Shown: in pieces, positions 45,543-53,687 of the stretch
Layout: each line of letters opens with the position of its first letter
Position numbering within the stretch: position 1 is the first letter of the stretch
DNA from: Bacteroidota bacterium
Lineage (GTDB): Bacteria > Bacteroidota > Bacteroidia > UBA4408
Length of the DNA stretch: 64,000 nucleotides
Assembly (NCBI GenBank): GCA_963169745.1
Contig: CAUJCU010000015.1
Span: forward strand, 39,134-103,133
Direction: 5' to 3'
Translations under genes and position numbers: made by a program
The notes under the pieces: generated by a model
The model's database searches: none
Told to the model about the DNA's origin: nothing
Seen by the model: the letters and a program-made list of their open reading frames with translations, nothing else

Positions 45543-45550
45543 CAAAGGTA
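45543..45550 (-). promoter_or_regulatory. -7 box (TACCTTTG on - strand) for GH92
   Basis: + strand CAAAGGTA, 16 nt upstream of the ATG at 45526. It lies inside the ORF-track extension, supporting the shorter CDS. Confidence 0.4.
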
Positions 45551-45640
45551 TATCAAATTGATTAAGCAATCGTTATAGAGTATAAATAAACAAGTATCAT
45601 ATACTTTATTAGCTTTTAAATAAAATTAGATATCCAGAAA

Positions 45641-46366
45641 TTAATTATTAATTTGCTTAGGCAAAGGAACACATTCAATTGTGTTTTTATTATTTGCAGA
45701 AGTATCGTTGTGTGAGCCTAGAGGAACATTCAAACCACGATATAGAAGAAGTAAGGCAATAACAAAAGAAAAAACAGGAATTGCTTTTTGATAAAATAAC
45801 CTAAATGTAAGATTAAGATTATTTTTAAATAAGAGGAGTAGTAGCATTAAAGGCATTGTTCCTAATCCAAATATAAACATGTACAACATACTTTGCCACC
45901 AGCCCCCTGCACCCACAGATCCGGCTAAGGCCATATACACCATGCCACACGGTAATAAACCATTTACCACACCAATTAGAAAATTAAAGAAAGGATTATT
46001 TTTTTGAATAAATACAGAAAAGAAATTTTTAAGCAAATGAATATGTTTTGTACTTTTTCTAAGAAATAAAAGCTGAGGAATTTTTACATATTGGAAAAAT
46101 AGAATCAATAAAATTAAACCACCAGCAATTAGTGAAAGATATTTTTGAGCTCCGCTAATAATAAGGCTTTCTGCTAAAAGACCGGTAAGTATTCCCAGTA
46201 AGGCATAGGTAAAAGCTTTCCCAAATAAGTAGCTCAAGGAGCTGACCCAACGCATTATTCGATATGGGCTTTTTATGGGAATTGCCATAGCAATAGGCCC
46301 ACACATACCAATACAATGGAGGCCACTCATTAATCCAAAACCAAGTGCTGTCAAATAGTAAATCAT
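45641..46366 (-). CDS. TauE/SafE- or DsbD_2-type membrane protein, last gene of the cco cluster
   Basis: 241 aa, 6-7 TM. GLHCIGMCGPIA motif near the N-terminus. 6-nt gap from fixH. Confidence 0.65.
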   Translation of the reverse strand: MIYYLTALGFGLMSGLHCIGMCGPIAMAIPIKSPYRIMRWVSSLSYLFGKAFTYALLGILTGLLAESLIISGAQKYLSLIAGGLILLILFFQYVKIPQLLFLRKSTKHIHLLKNFFSVFIQKNNPFFNFLIGVVNGLLPCGMVYMALAGSVGAGGWWQSMLYMFIFGLGTMPLMLLLLLFKNNLNLTFRLFYQKAIPVFSFVIALLLLYRGLNVPLGSHNDTSANNKNTIECVPLPKQINN

Positions 46367-46372
46367 CCCAGA

Positions 46373-46801
46373 TTAAATACTTATTCGCTGTTCCTTGTAA
46401 AATTTCTTTCCGGAAGTTTCCCATTGTACCTTTATGACATAGGTGCCACGGACTAAACTTTGGGTATCAATAGTTTGTTTACCTTCGCTATTTACACTTA
46501 TTTCAAATTCCTTATCCAAATTCGAATTATCAGGCTTAAAAAACAGTATTTTCCCTTCGGGGTTTCCATGTGCAATATCAAAAGCAAATTCGTAAGTAGT
46601 TTCACTATGATTTATAAACAACTCTTTCTCGTTTTTAATTAAATTTTGCATACCTTCTTGGTGTTGGTCATATTTTAACTCCTGTTCATAGTAGTTCGGA
46701 ACAACCAAATCAACAGAATGTTGTGAAGCTTTAAACACCATTGTTAAAATTAATAAAGTGAAAAGTATAAATACTATAGATATTCTTGTTCCCCAATTCA
46801 T
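46373..46801 (-). CDS. FixH/CcoH-family cbb3 oxidase assembly protein
   Basis: 142 aa. Single N-terminal TM plus a beta-rich periplasmic domain. Position between ccoG and tauE. Confidence 0.65.
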   Translation of the reverse strand: MNWGTRISIVFILFTLLILTMVFKASQHSVDLVVPNYYEQELKYDQHQEGMQNLIKNEKELFINHSETTYEFAFDIAHGNPEGKILFFKPDNSNLDKEFEISVNSEGKQTIDTQSLVRGTYVIKVQWETSGKKFYKEQRISI

Positions 46802-46816
46802 ATTCTTACTTTAACA

Positions 46817-48226
46817 TTAGAAAGTTTTACCTAAAAATTTAGTATTAATTGTTTCTATCTTTTTCCCTTCTTCATAAACCCCAATTTTTATTTTGGTATT
46901 TCTTTTCTTTAAATTTTTCTTATCAACGATTAAGAAAAACTCACCTTCCCTTAAATCTTGACTTTTTACGGTTAGGTTAGAGTCGCCTATAAACTTAAAG
47001 GTGCCATCAAAGGTTTCAAGTTTGAATGTAAGATTTTTTTCTTTAAAAGTCTTATTTAAAATTTTAAAGTTGTATAAATTACTGATATGGTTATTAGGTT
47101 GCTCCTGAAATAATGTTCCGGCTGTACGTAATACCGTAGTTTCAACATCACTTCGGAGAAACAATGCTGCAATAAGTCCTATGAGTAAAACGACTAAAAG
47201 TGCACTATATCCTATAATTCGAGATGTAACCTTAAAAGGTAATTTTTTCTCGATTTGATTTTCCGAAGTGTATCGAATTAAACCTGTCGGTAATCCAACA
47301 TTTTCCATCATGTGATCGCAAGCATCTATACAAGCAGTACAGTTAATACACTCTAGCTGTGTTCCATTACGGATATCAATACCTGTGGGACACACTCTTA
47401 CGCATTGATTGCAGTCCACGCAATCGCCTGCTGAACGAACTTCATTTTTCTTGAACTTTGCACGACCTTCACCACGCATATAATCATAAGCAACTACAAT
47501 AGAGTTACGATCAAGTAGCACTCCCTGCATACGACCATACGGGCAAACAACAATACATATTTGTTCTCTTAGATAACTGAATACAAAGAAAAACACTCCG
47601 GTAAAAACAATTAATGAAGTAAACTCTCCAATATGATCTTTAAGCGGTTCGGTAATAATCTTGTACAGCTCATCAACACCAATAATATAAGCTAAAAATG
47701 TATTGGATATTAAGAATGAAATTAAAAAGAAAATAAAAAATTTAAGGCCTTTTTTTCTAATTTTTTCGGCATTCCAAGGCATTTTGTTTAAGGCCTTTTG
47801 ATAAGCCATATCACCTTCTATCCAATATTCAATTTTTCTGAAAACCATTTCCATAAAAATAGTTTGAGGACAGGCCCAGCCACAAAATAAACGACCAAAA
47901 ATAGCTGTAAAAAGAACAATAAATACCATAAATACCAACATAGCCAACCCAAATATGGGAAAGTCTTGCGGCCAAAACACAATACCAAAAACTATGAATT
48001 TACGTTCCAGTATATTGAAAAGCAAAATGGGATAGCCATTATGTTTTACAAAGGGTAAACCAAATAATAATATTAAACAGAATATGCTAAACCAAGTACG
48101 ATAGTTGTATAGTTTTCCTTTGGGTTTTAAAGGGTTAATCCAAACTCGCTTTCCATCAGTATCTATAGTAGAAACTGTATCTCTAAACTGTTGGTCTAAT
48201 TTTGGTTTTTCATTCTTTTTATCCAT
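46817..48226 (-). CDS. ccoG: cytochrome c oxidase accessory protein CcoG (4Fe-4S ferredoxin-type membrane protein)
   Basis: 469 aa. TM helices plus two Cys clusters, CVDCNQCVRVCP and CINCTACIDACD. Confidence 0.85.
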   Translation of the reverse strand: MDKKNEKPKLDQQFRDTVSTIDTDGKRVWINPLKPKGKLYNYRTWFSIFCLILLFGLPFVKHNGYPILLFNILERKFIVFGIVFWPQDFPIFGLAMLVFMVFIVLFTAIFGRLFCGWACPQTIFMEMVFRKIEYWIEGDMAYQKALNKMPWNAEKIRKKGLKFFIFFLISFLISNTFLAYIIGVDELYKIITEPLKDHIGEFTSLIVFTGVFFFVFSYLREQICIVVCPYGRMQGVLLDRNSIVVAYDYMRGEGRAKFKKNEVRSAGDCVDCNQCVRVCPTGIDIRNGTQLECINCTACIDACDHMMENVGLPTGLIRYTSENQIEKKLPFKVTSRIIGYSALLVVLLIGLIAALFLRSDVETTVLRTAGTLFQEQPNNHISNLYNFKILNKTFKEKNLTFKLETFDGTFKFIGDSNLTVKSQDLREGEFFLIVDKKNLKKRNTKIKIGVYEEGKKIETINTKFLGKTF

Positions 48227-48321
48227 TACGCTATGTGTCGCTTTTAGCCGACTTCATGGCGCACTATCTCTATTTGGGGTCATGGAGTCGAACAGGTTTG
48301 ACTCTAATTTTAATTTTAACT

Positions 48322-49449
48322 TTAGTCTCCCGAGTATTTATCTCCTTGAGACTCTTTAGCTCCCGGAGGATTTGTTCCTTTTAGACTTAGAATATAGCTT
48401 GAAATTTGTTGCATTTCAACTGGTTTGAGTTGTCCTTGCCAAGCTATCATTCCTTTAGCCGGAATACCGTATTTTATAGATTTAAAAATATTCTTAATGC
48501 CTCCGCCATGAAGCCAATACTCATCCGTAAGATTGGGACCTACACCTCCTTCGCCAATTGCACCGTGGCAAGCAATACACTTTTCTTTGTACAGATTCTT
48601 CCCCAAATCTAACGCTGATGGATCTGATATGCTTGTTACATTATTCTCATCTAATTGCTCACCGGCATTTTTTAAATAAGCTTCTTTGGCAATTTTGGCA
48701 TCAGCTAATTCTTTATTGTATTCTTCAAGTTGAAGCGGGAACGATTGCGTAACATGATAGCCTATAAAATAAATTATACTAACCACAATCGTTAAATAAA
48801 ATCCATATTTCCACCAAGGTGGAAGGTCGTTGTCAAGTTCCCGTATGCCATCGTAAACATGCTCAGTCATTACATCATTCTCTCTTTCAACAGGTACTGA
48901 GGCGTTCATTGCAGAAACAAAAGTTGCTAAGTCAAACAAAGACTTTTCTTCTGTTACCCCTTTTAATGCACTAGCTGTTCGTACTAATTTTTGCAATATT
49001 CTCAACAATACCAAAAGTATAAAAGCCTCAAAAATTACAGCACTAAGGAGTACCCAGAAAACGCCCGTATTCAAAGCTTGAAAGTCACCCGTCAAGCCAC
49101 TTACAGCAGCAGTAGTTTCTGCCGTTTCTTGTGCCTGAACAAAAGGAGTACAACACAAACCCATGGCAATAATTAAGCCTAGTATGCGTGTGGTGGATTG
49201 ATTTTTATTTGCAGGATATGAAACTGTTGTTGTTGCAATGTTTTTAATAGCACGCCCTACAGCACCAATAAATAGGAGTAAAATAACAGCCAATAACCCT
49301 AAAATCCAAAAAGCTGAGTTATTCATCAAATTGCTGTTTTTAGGTAGGTTGGTTTCTATATTGGCCCATACGCTATTTGTACAAATTGTTAACAGTACAG
49401 AAAAAATTAAATATTTCGGGAACTTGTGTTTTGCAAAATACATATTCAT
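48322..49449 (-). CDS. ccoP: cbb3-type cytochrome c oxidase subunit III-like c-type cytochrome (CcoP), single CxxCH
   Basis: 375 aa. Three hydrophobic segments, WWKYGFYLT (CcoP N-terminal domain motif), and one haem site CIACHG with a downstream Met. Confidence 0.75.
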   Translation of the reverse strand: MNMYFAKHKFPKYLIFSVLLTICTNSVWANIETNLPKNSNLMNNSAFWILGLLAVILLLFIGAVGRAIKNIATTTVSYPANKNQSTTRILGLIIAMGLCCTPFVQAQETAETTAAVSGLTGDFQALNTGVFWVLLSAVIFEAFILLVLLRILQKLVRTASALKGVTEEKSLFDLATFVSAMNASVPVERENDVMTEHVYDGIRELDNDLPPWWKYGFYLTIVVSIIYFIGYHVTQSFPLQLEEYNKELADAKIAKEAYLKNAGEQLDENNVTSISDPSALDLGKNLYKEKCIACHGAIGEGGVGPNLTDEYWLHGGGIKNIFKSIKYGIPAKGMIAWQGQLKPVEMQQISSYILSLKGTNPPGAKESQGDKYSGD

Positions 49450-49625
49450 TATTTATTTTGAGATTCTTGTTCAAATGGAATTTGTTGCATGTGCTCGATA
49501 TATTTTTTGTCGGCTTTAATGACATAAAAAATTAGGGCAATAAAAAAAAGAGAAAATACGAGTAATGAAATAAGGGGGAAAATCTCTATTCCAGCAATAC
49601 TTTCCAAATAGTTTATAAATTTCAT
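49449..49625 (-). CDS. CcoQ/FixQ-like small membrane subunit (58 aa); not in the ORF track
   Basis: Hand translation: MKFINYLESIAGIEIFPLISLLVFSLFFIALIFYVIKADKKYIEHMQQIPFEQESQNK. One TM. The stop overlaps the ccoP ATG (TAATG). Lies 18 nt downstream of the ccoNO stop. Confidence 0.5.
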   Translation of the reverse strand: MKFINYLESIAGIEIFPLISLLVFSLFFIALIFYVIKADKKYIEHMQQIPFEQESQNK

Positions 49626-49643
49626 ATTTAACTTATTTATAAA

Positions 49644-51770
49644 TTAGTTTTGAGCTGTTTTTTCGGCTTTAATATCGGTTCCTAATCGTTGTAAATAGGC
49701 AATTAAGGCAATAATTTCTGAATCTTCTTTTACTTCAATGCCATCTTTTTTTAGTCCTTGAGAAATTTTTGTAGCCTGTTCCGTCAAATGCTTTACAGCA
49801 ATTTGGTCAAAACCTGCCGGATAAGGTACGCCTAACGTTTGCATAACTCTAATTTTAGCAGGAGTTGAATTTACATCTAAAACATCATCAATAAGCCATG
49901 GATAGGCCGGCATGATTGAACCTGGCGACATAGTTGTAGGGTCTTCCATGTGATTGAAATGCCATGAATCAGGATATTTTCCACCAATACGAGCTAAATC
50001 TGGACCAGTTCTTTTAGAACCCCATTGAAATGGATGATCATAAACAAATTCTCCTGCTTTAGAATATTCGCCATAGCGCTCTGTTTCGGAACGGAACGGT
50101 CGAATCATTTGGGAGTGGCAGGTGTAACAACCTTCGCGAACATAAATGTCGCGACCTTGTAACTCAAGCGGAGTATATGGTTTAACACTGGCTATTGTAG
50201 GTACATTTGATTGGATTAAGAAAGTAGGAACCATTTCAATAATCCCACCTATAAGTATAACCACTAAGCTCCAAACTAACATTTGAATAGGTTTGCGCTC
50301 AATAACCCGATGCCAATGATCTTTAGAATGTGGAAGATATTCTTTAGTTAATGGTGCAGCATAAGCTTCTTCATCTGTAACAGGTTGGCCTAATTGAGCT
50401 GTTTTTATTAAGTTATAAATCATTACCACAAATCCAGCCAGATACAATACTCCCCCTAGTGAACGTAAGGCATATAACGGTGCCAGTTTGGTAACGGTTT
50501 CCAAAAAGTTTGGATATTTAAGAAAGCCTTCTGCAGTAAATTCTTTCCACATTAAGCTTTGAGTAAAGCCAGCCCAATACATAGGTATGGCATAAAACAG
50601 TATTCCAATTGTGGCAATCCAAAAATGGAAATTGGCTAATTTTTGGGAGTATAATGCACGTCCAAATAACTTAGGATATAACCAATACAGCATACCAAAA
50701 GTAAGAAATCCATTCCAGCCTAAAGCACCTACGTGAACGTGAGCAACAATCCAGTCTGTATAATGAGCAATGGCGTTTACATTTTTAAGCGAAAGCATAG
50801 GACCTTCAAATGTGGCCATTCCATAAGCAGTAACAGCTACCACCAAAAATTTGAGTTCAACACTTTCTCTAACTTTATCCCAAGCTCCTCGAAGTGTAAG
50901 TAAGCCATTAATCATTCCACCCCATGATGGAGCAAGAAGCATGATTGAAAATACGACTCCTAATGATTGTGCCCAGTCGGGCAATGCGGTGTATAGTAAA
51001 TGGTGTGGACCAGCCCAAATATATAAAAATATTAATGCCCAAAAGTGAATAATACTCAAACGGTAGCTGTAAACTGGACGTTCTGCCGCTTTAGGAATAA
51101 AATAATACATCAAACCTAAATATGGAGTAGTGAGAAAAAAAGCAACCGCATTGTGCCCGTACCACCATTGCACTAAGGCATCTTGTACTCCGGCATATAA
51201 ACTGTAGCTTTTTAAAAATGAAACCGGAATCTCTAAAGAGTTTACGATATGAAGCACAGCTACGGTAACAAAAGTAGCAATGTAAAACCAAATTGCTACA
51301 TACAAGTGTCGTTCTCTCCTTTGTAGGATTGTTCCAAACATATTCCAACCAAAAACTACCCAAATTAAAGTAATTGCAATGTCCAAAGGCCATTCCAGTT
51401 CAGCATATTCTTTTGAAGTTGTGAAACCTGCAAATAGCGTGAGAGCAGCAAAAACAATAATTAGCTGCCAACCCCAGAAATGAATCTTGCTTAACTTATC
51501 ACTAAACATTCGGGCTTTACACAAACGCTGTAAAGAATAATAAACTCCAGTAAATATTCCGTTCCCTACAAAAGCAAAAATAACAGCATTAGTATGTACC
51601 GGACGAACCCGCCCAAAAGTTGTAGGCGCCCAATTAAAATTAAGGGCAGGAAACACAAGTTGCAAAGCAGCTAGTAAACCTACGGTCATTCCTATTAAAC
51701 CCCAAAATATGGTTGCGTATGCAAACAATTTTACTATTTTGTTGTCGTAATAAAACTTTTCTTGTTCCAT
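49644..51770 (-). CDS. ccoNO: cbb3-type cytochrome c oxidase, fused subunits I and II (CcoN-CcoO)
   Basis: Haem-copper oxidase His ligands (..HNAVAFF.., ..HFWALIF.., ..AHVHVGALGW..). C-terminal CcoO part has CYTCHSQMIRPF. The ATG at 51770 (MEQEKFYYDN) is preferred over the ORF-track start at 51866, which would overlap ccoS. Confidence 0.9.
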   Translation of the reverse strand: MEQEKFYYDNKIVKLFAYATIFWGLIGMTVGLLAALQLVFPALNFNWAPTTFGRVRPVHTNAVIFAFVGNGIFTGVYYSLQRLCKARMFSDKLSKIHFWGWQLIIVFAALTLFAGFTTSKEYAELEWPLDIAITLIWVVFGWNMFGTILQRRERHLYVAIWFYIATFVTVAVLHIVNSLEIPVSFLKSYSLYAGVQDALVQWWYGHNAVAFFLTTPYLGLMYYFIPKAAERPVYSYRLSIIHFWALIFLYIWAGPHHLLYTALPDWAQSLGVVFSIMLLAPSWGGMINGLLTLRGAWDKVRESVELKFLVVAVTAYGMATFEGPMLSLKNVNAIAHYTDWIVAHVHVGALGWNGFLTFGMLYWLYPKLFGRALYSQKLANFHFWIATIGILFYAIPMYWAGFTQSLMWKEFTAEGFLKYPNFLETVTKLAPLYALRSLGGVLYLAGFVVMIYNLIKTAQLGQPVTDEEAYAAPLTKEYLPHSKDHWHRVIERKPIQMLVWSLVVILIGGIIEMVPTFLIQSNVPTIASVKPYTPLELQGRDIYVREGCYTCHSQMIRPFRSETERYGEYSKAGEFVYDHPFQWGSKRTGPDLARIGGKYPDSWHFNHMEDPTTMSPGSIMPAYPWLIDDVLDVNSTPAKIRVMQTLGVPYPAGFDQIAVKHLTEQATKISQGLKKDGIEVKEDSEIIALIAYLQRLGTDIKAEKTAQN

Positions 51771-51774
51771 AAAT

Positions 51775-51993
51775 TCAATTTGTATTTTTTGTTTTGTGAA
51801 GGTTATTATTTTTTTTCTCAATCTCTGTTTCTTGAGTTTTGCGCAGACTCTTTGTGTTGGAGTCAAACAAGATTCTTACTGATGGCGTGTAATCATCATC
51901 AAATTGCCCCTTTTTTACCGACCAAAGAAATGCCGTTAAAAAACCAATAGCCATTAACAAACTTGCTCCTATTAATAAAAACATAGCGCTCAT
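51775..51993 (-). CDS. ccoS: cbb3 oxidase maturation protein CcoS
   Basis: 72 aa. One TM followed by LWSVKKGQFDDDYTPSVRILFD, the conserved CcoS motif. Confidence 0.8.
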   Translation of the reverse strand: MSAMFLLIGASLLMAIGFLTAFLWSVKKGQFDDDYTPSVRILFDSNTKSLRKTQETEIEKKNNNLHKTKNTN

Positions 51994-52055
51994 AAGCTTA
52001 TATTGTTTTATTTGAGACGGTAAAACTACTTTTATATTTTAAACTTCAGTATGAT

Positions 52056-52086
52056 TCATGTCAATGAGAAACATGATATAAATCAT
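52056..52086. promoter_or_regulatory. two overlapping palindromes in the cco leader: TCATGT-N9-ACATGA and ATGAT-N4-ATCAT (CRP/FNR-like core TGAT-N4-ATCA)
   Basis: Read directly at 52056-52076 and 52073-52086. Both lie between the -7 box at 52099-52106 and the ccoS ATG at 51993. Confidence 0.35.
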
Positions 52087-52098
52087 AATTTTCACGTG

Positions 52099-52106
52099 CA
52101 AAAATA
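52099..52106 (-). promoter_or_regulatory. -7 box (TATTTTTG on - strand) for the cco operon
   Basis: + strand CAAAAATA, about 105 nt upstream of the ccoS ATG. Confidence 0.35.
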
Positions 52107-52244
52107 GAAATGTTTCTGAAATAAAACATTAAAGAAATGAATGCATTAAAAGAACTAAATATGGTGTACTTGAAATTTAGAAATAACAAAAAGGCAAATA
52201 GTGGTTCTGTAAATTGCATGATATAGGATTATATCTTTTTTTTA

Positions 52245-52252
52245 TAGGTTTG
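52245..52252 (+). promoter_or_regulatory. -7 box (TAGGTTTG) for the 173-aa gene
   Basis: Ends 9 nt before the ATG at 52262, implying a very short leader. Confidence 0.4.
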
Positions 52253-52261
52253 TAGGCTTCA

Positions 52262-52783
52262 ATGAATTATCCAGCCAAAATATTAATAAAGGAACACAGC
52301 AAAGCCGCAACATTAGAAGTGGTAACATGGGTAGGATGTAATGAAGAGCGGTTTGGATTACTTATGGATTGCATTTTTAGTACGGATAAAAAATTGGCGC
52401 AACGAGCTTCTTGGCCACTCGGTTATATAGGAATTGAATATCCATCATTAGTTTATCCGTATATTAGAAAGCTTCTAGATGAAGTGCAAAAACCTGTTCA
52501 CCAGGCTATAAAAAGAAATACTTTTCGTTATTTAAGTGCTATTGAAATACCCGAGGAGTATGTTACAGATACTTTAACAACTTGTTTAAATATACTGGAA
52601 AGAAAGAAAGAGTCAGTGGCCGTTTTGTGTTTCTCTTTTTGGATTTTAATAAAGCTAAGTAAGCGTTATCCCGATTTAAAAGCAGAGCTTTTTTATTATG
52701 CCGAACTATATGAGTATCATCAGTCAGCTGCTATACAAAGTGTACTTAAAAAAATAAGGGGGTATAATAAAGTTACGAAATAA
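52262..52783 (+). CDS. hypothetical all-helical protein (HEAT/ARM-like?)
   Basis: 173 aa. No motif I can name. Its helical periodicity is reminiscent of AlkD-like HEAT repeat proteins, but this is unverified. Confidence 0.35.
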   Translation: MNYPAKILIKEHSKAATLEVVTWVGCNEERFGLLMDCIFSTDKKLAQRASWPLGYIGIEYPSLVYPYIRKLLDEVQKPVHQAIKRNTFRYLSAIEIPEEYVTDTLTTCLNILERKKESVAVLCFSFWILIKLSKRYPDLKAELFYYAELYEYHQSAAIQSVLKKIRGYNKVTK

Positions 52784-52804
52784 GGTGTTTTTCTTAATTG
52801 AAAA

Positions 52805-53584
52805 TTATACCTTTTTTTTAGTACAAATAAAAAAGACACTACTGCTGTATTTGGTGTTTTTTCGCATTTTAAACCATTGCCGCATTTCAGGATAAGGGTA
52901 TAATGCTGGGAGTATTACTTTTTGCACATCAAACACTTGCTCAACAGCATGATGCCATCGTTTAACTTTATAGGCTTTAAGGTCAAATAACAGGGTACTG
53001 CCTTCTTTACTATGAGAGCGTGGTACAAAAAGCTCTTTAAAACTTGTTTTGGTTGTGCTGATAAATGGAGAGAAGAAAAAATTAACAAAACGATGATGCG
53101 TAGTGAACATGATGTGACTTACCCAATTAATGAGTGCCATAGCGGCTGTAGGCATTCCAATAATTAAAGTTCCATCGGGTTTTAACACACGATTCATTTC
53201 TTGCAAGCTTTTCAATTCATCATTAACATGTTCCAACACATGAGAAGAATACACGGTGTCAAAAAAATTATCAGTAAAAGGAATTTGTTCAGCAAAAGCC
53301 TTTTGTATATTTTCGGCTTTTACCTTAAAATTGCTTCCAATACGACCTACTCCGTGCCCCATAGGGTCAGGGTCAATTCCATAAGCCTCACACCGAGCAT
53401 CTTCTTGAGCTCTTTGCATAGCATATCCGGCACCGCAACCTACATCTAAAAATACACCCGATTTTATAAAAGGCTTAATAGCTTCCCATTCCACATCACG
53501 TATCTTTTTCTGATTGAGATTAGTTTCTTCTTTAGAAAGATAGGTTATATAATATAGTTTTAATAACTTACTTTTTATACTCAT
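52805..53584 (-). CDS. class I SAM-dependent methyltransferase
   Basis: 259 aa. FLDVGCGAGY motif I, later acidic loop and ..VLKPDGTLII.. Confidence 0.75.
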   Translation of the reverse strand: MSIKSKLLKLYYITYLSKEETNLNQKKIRDVEWEAIKPFIKSGVFLDVGCGAGYAMQRAQEDARCEAYGIDPDPMGHGVGRIGSNFKVKAENIQKAFAEQIPFTDNFFDTVYSSHVLEHVNDELKSLQEMNRVLKPDGTLIIGMPTAAMALINWVSHIMFTTHHRFVNFFFSPFISTTKTSFKELFVPRSHSKEGSTLLFDLKAYKVKRWHHAVEQVFDVQKVILPALYPYPEMRQWFKMRKNTKYSSSVFFICTKKKV

Positions 53585-53601
53585 ATAATAAAAACGAAAG
53601 C

Positions 53602-53609
53602 CAAACTTA
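53602..53609 (-). promoter_or_regulatory. -7 box (TAAGTTTG on - strand) for the methyltransferase gene
   Basis: + strand CAAACTTA, 17 nt upstream of the ATG at 53584. Confidence 0.4.
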
Positions 53610-53687
53610 AAAAAAATTAATTTGCAATGGGTTTTAATCTCAACTTAAATAGTTCGTTTTACCTTAAAATGATATAGGTTCATTATT

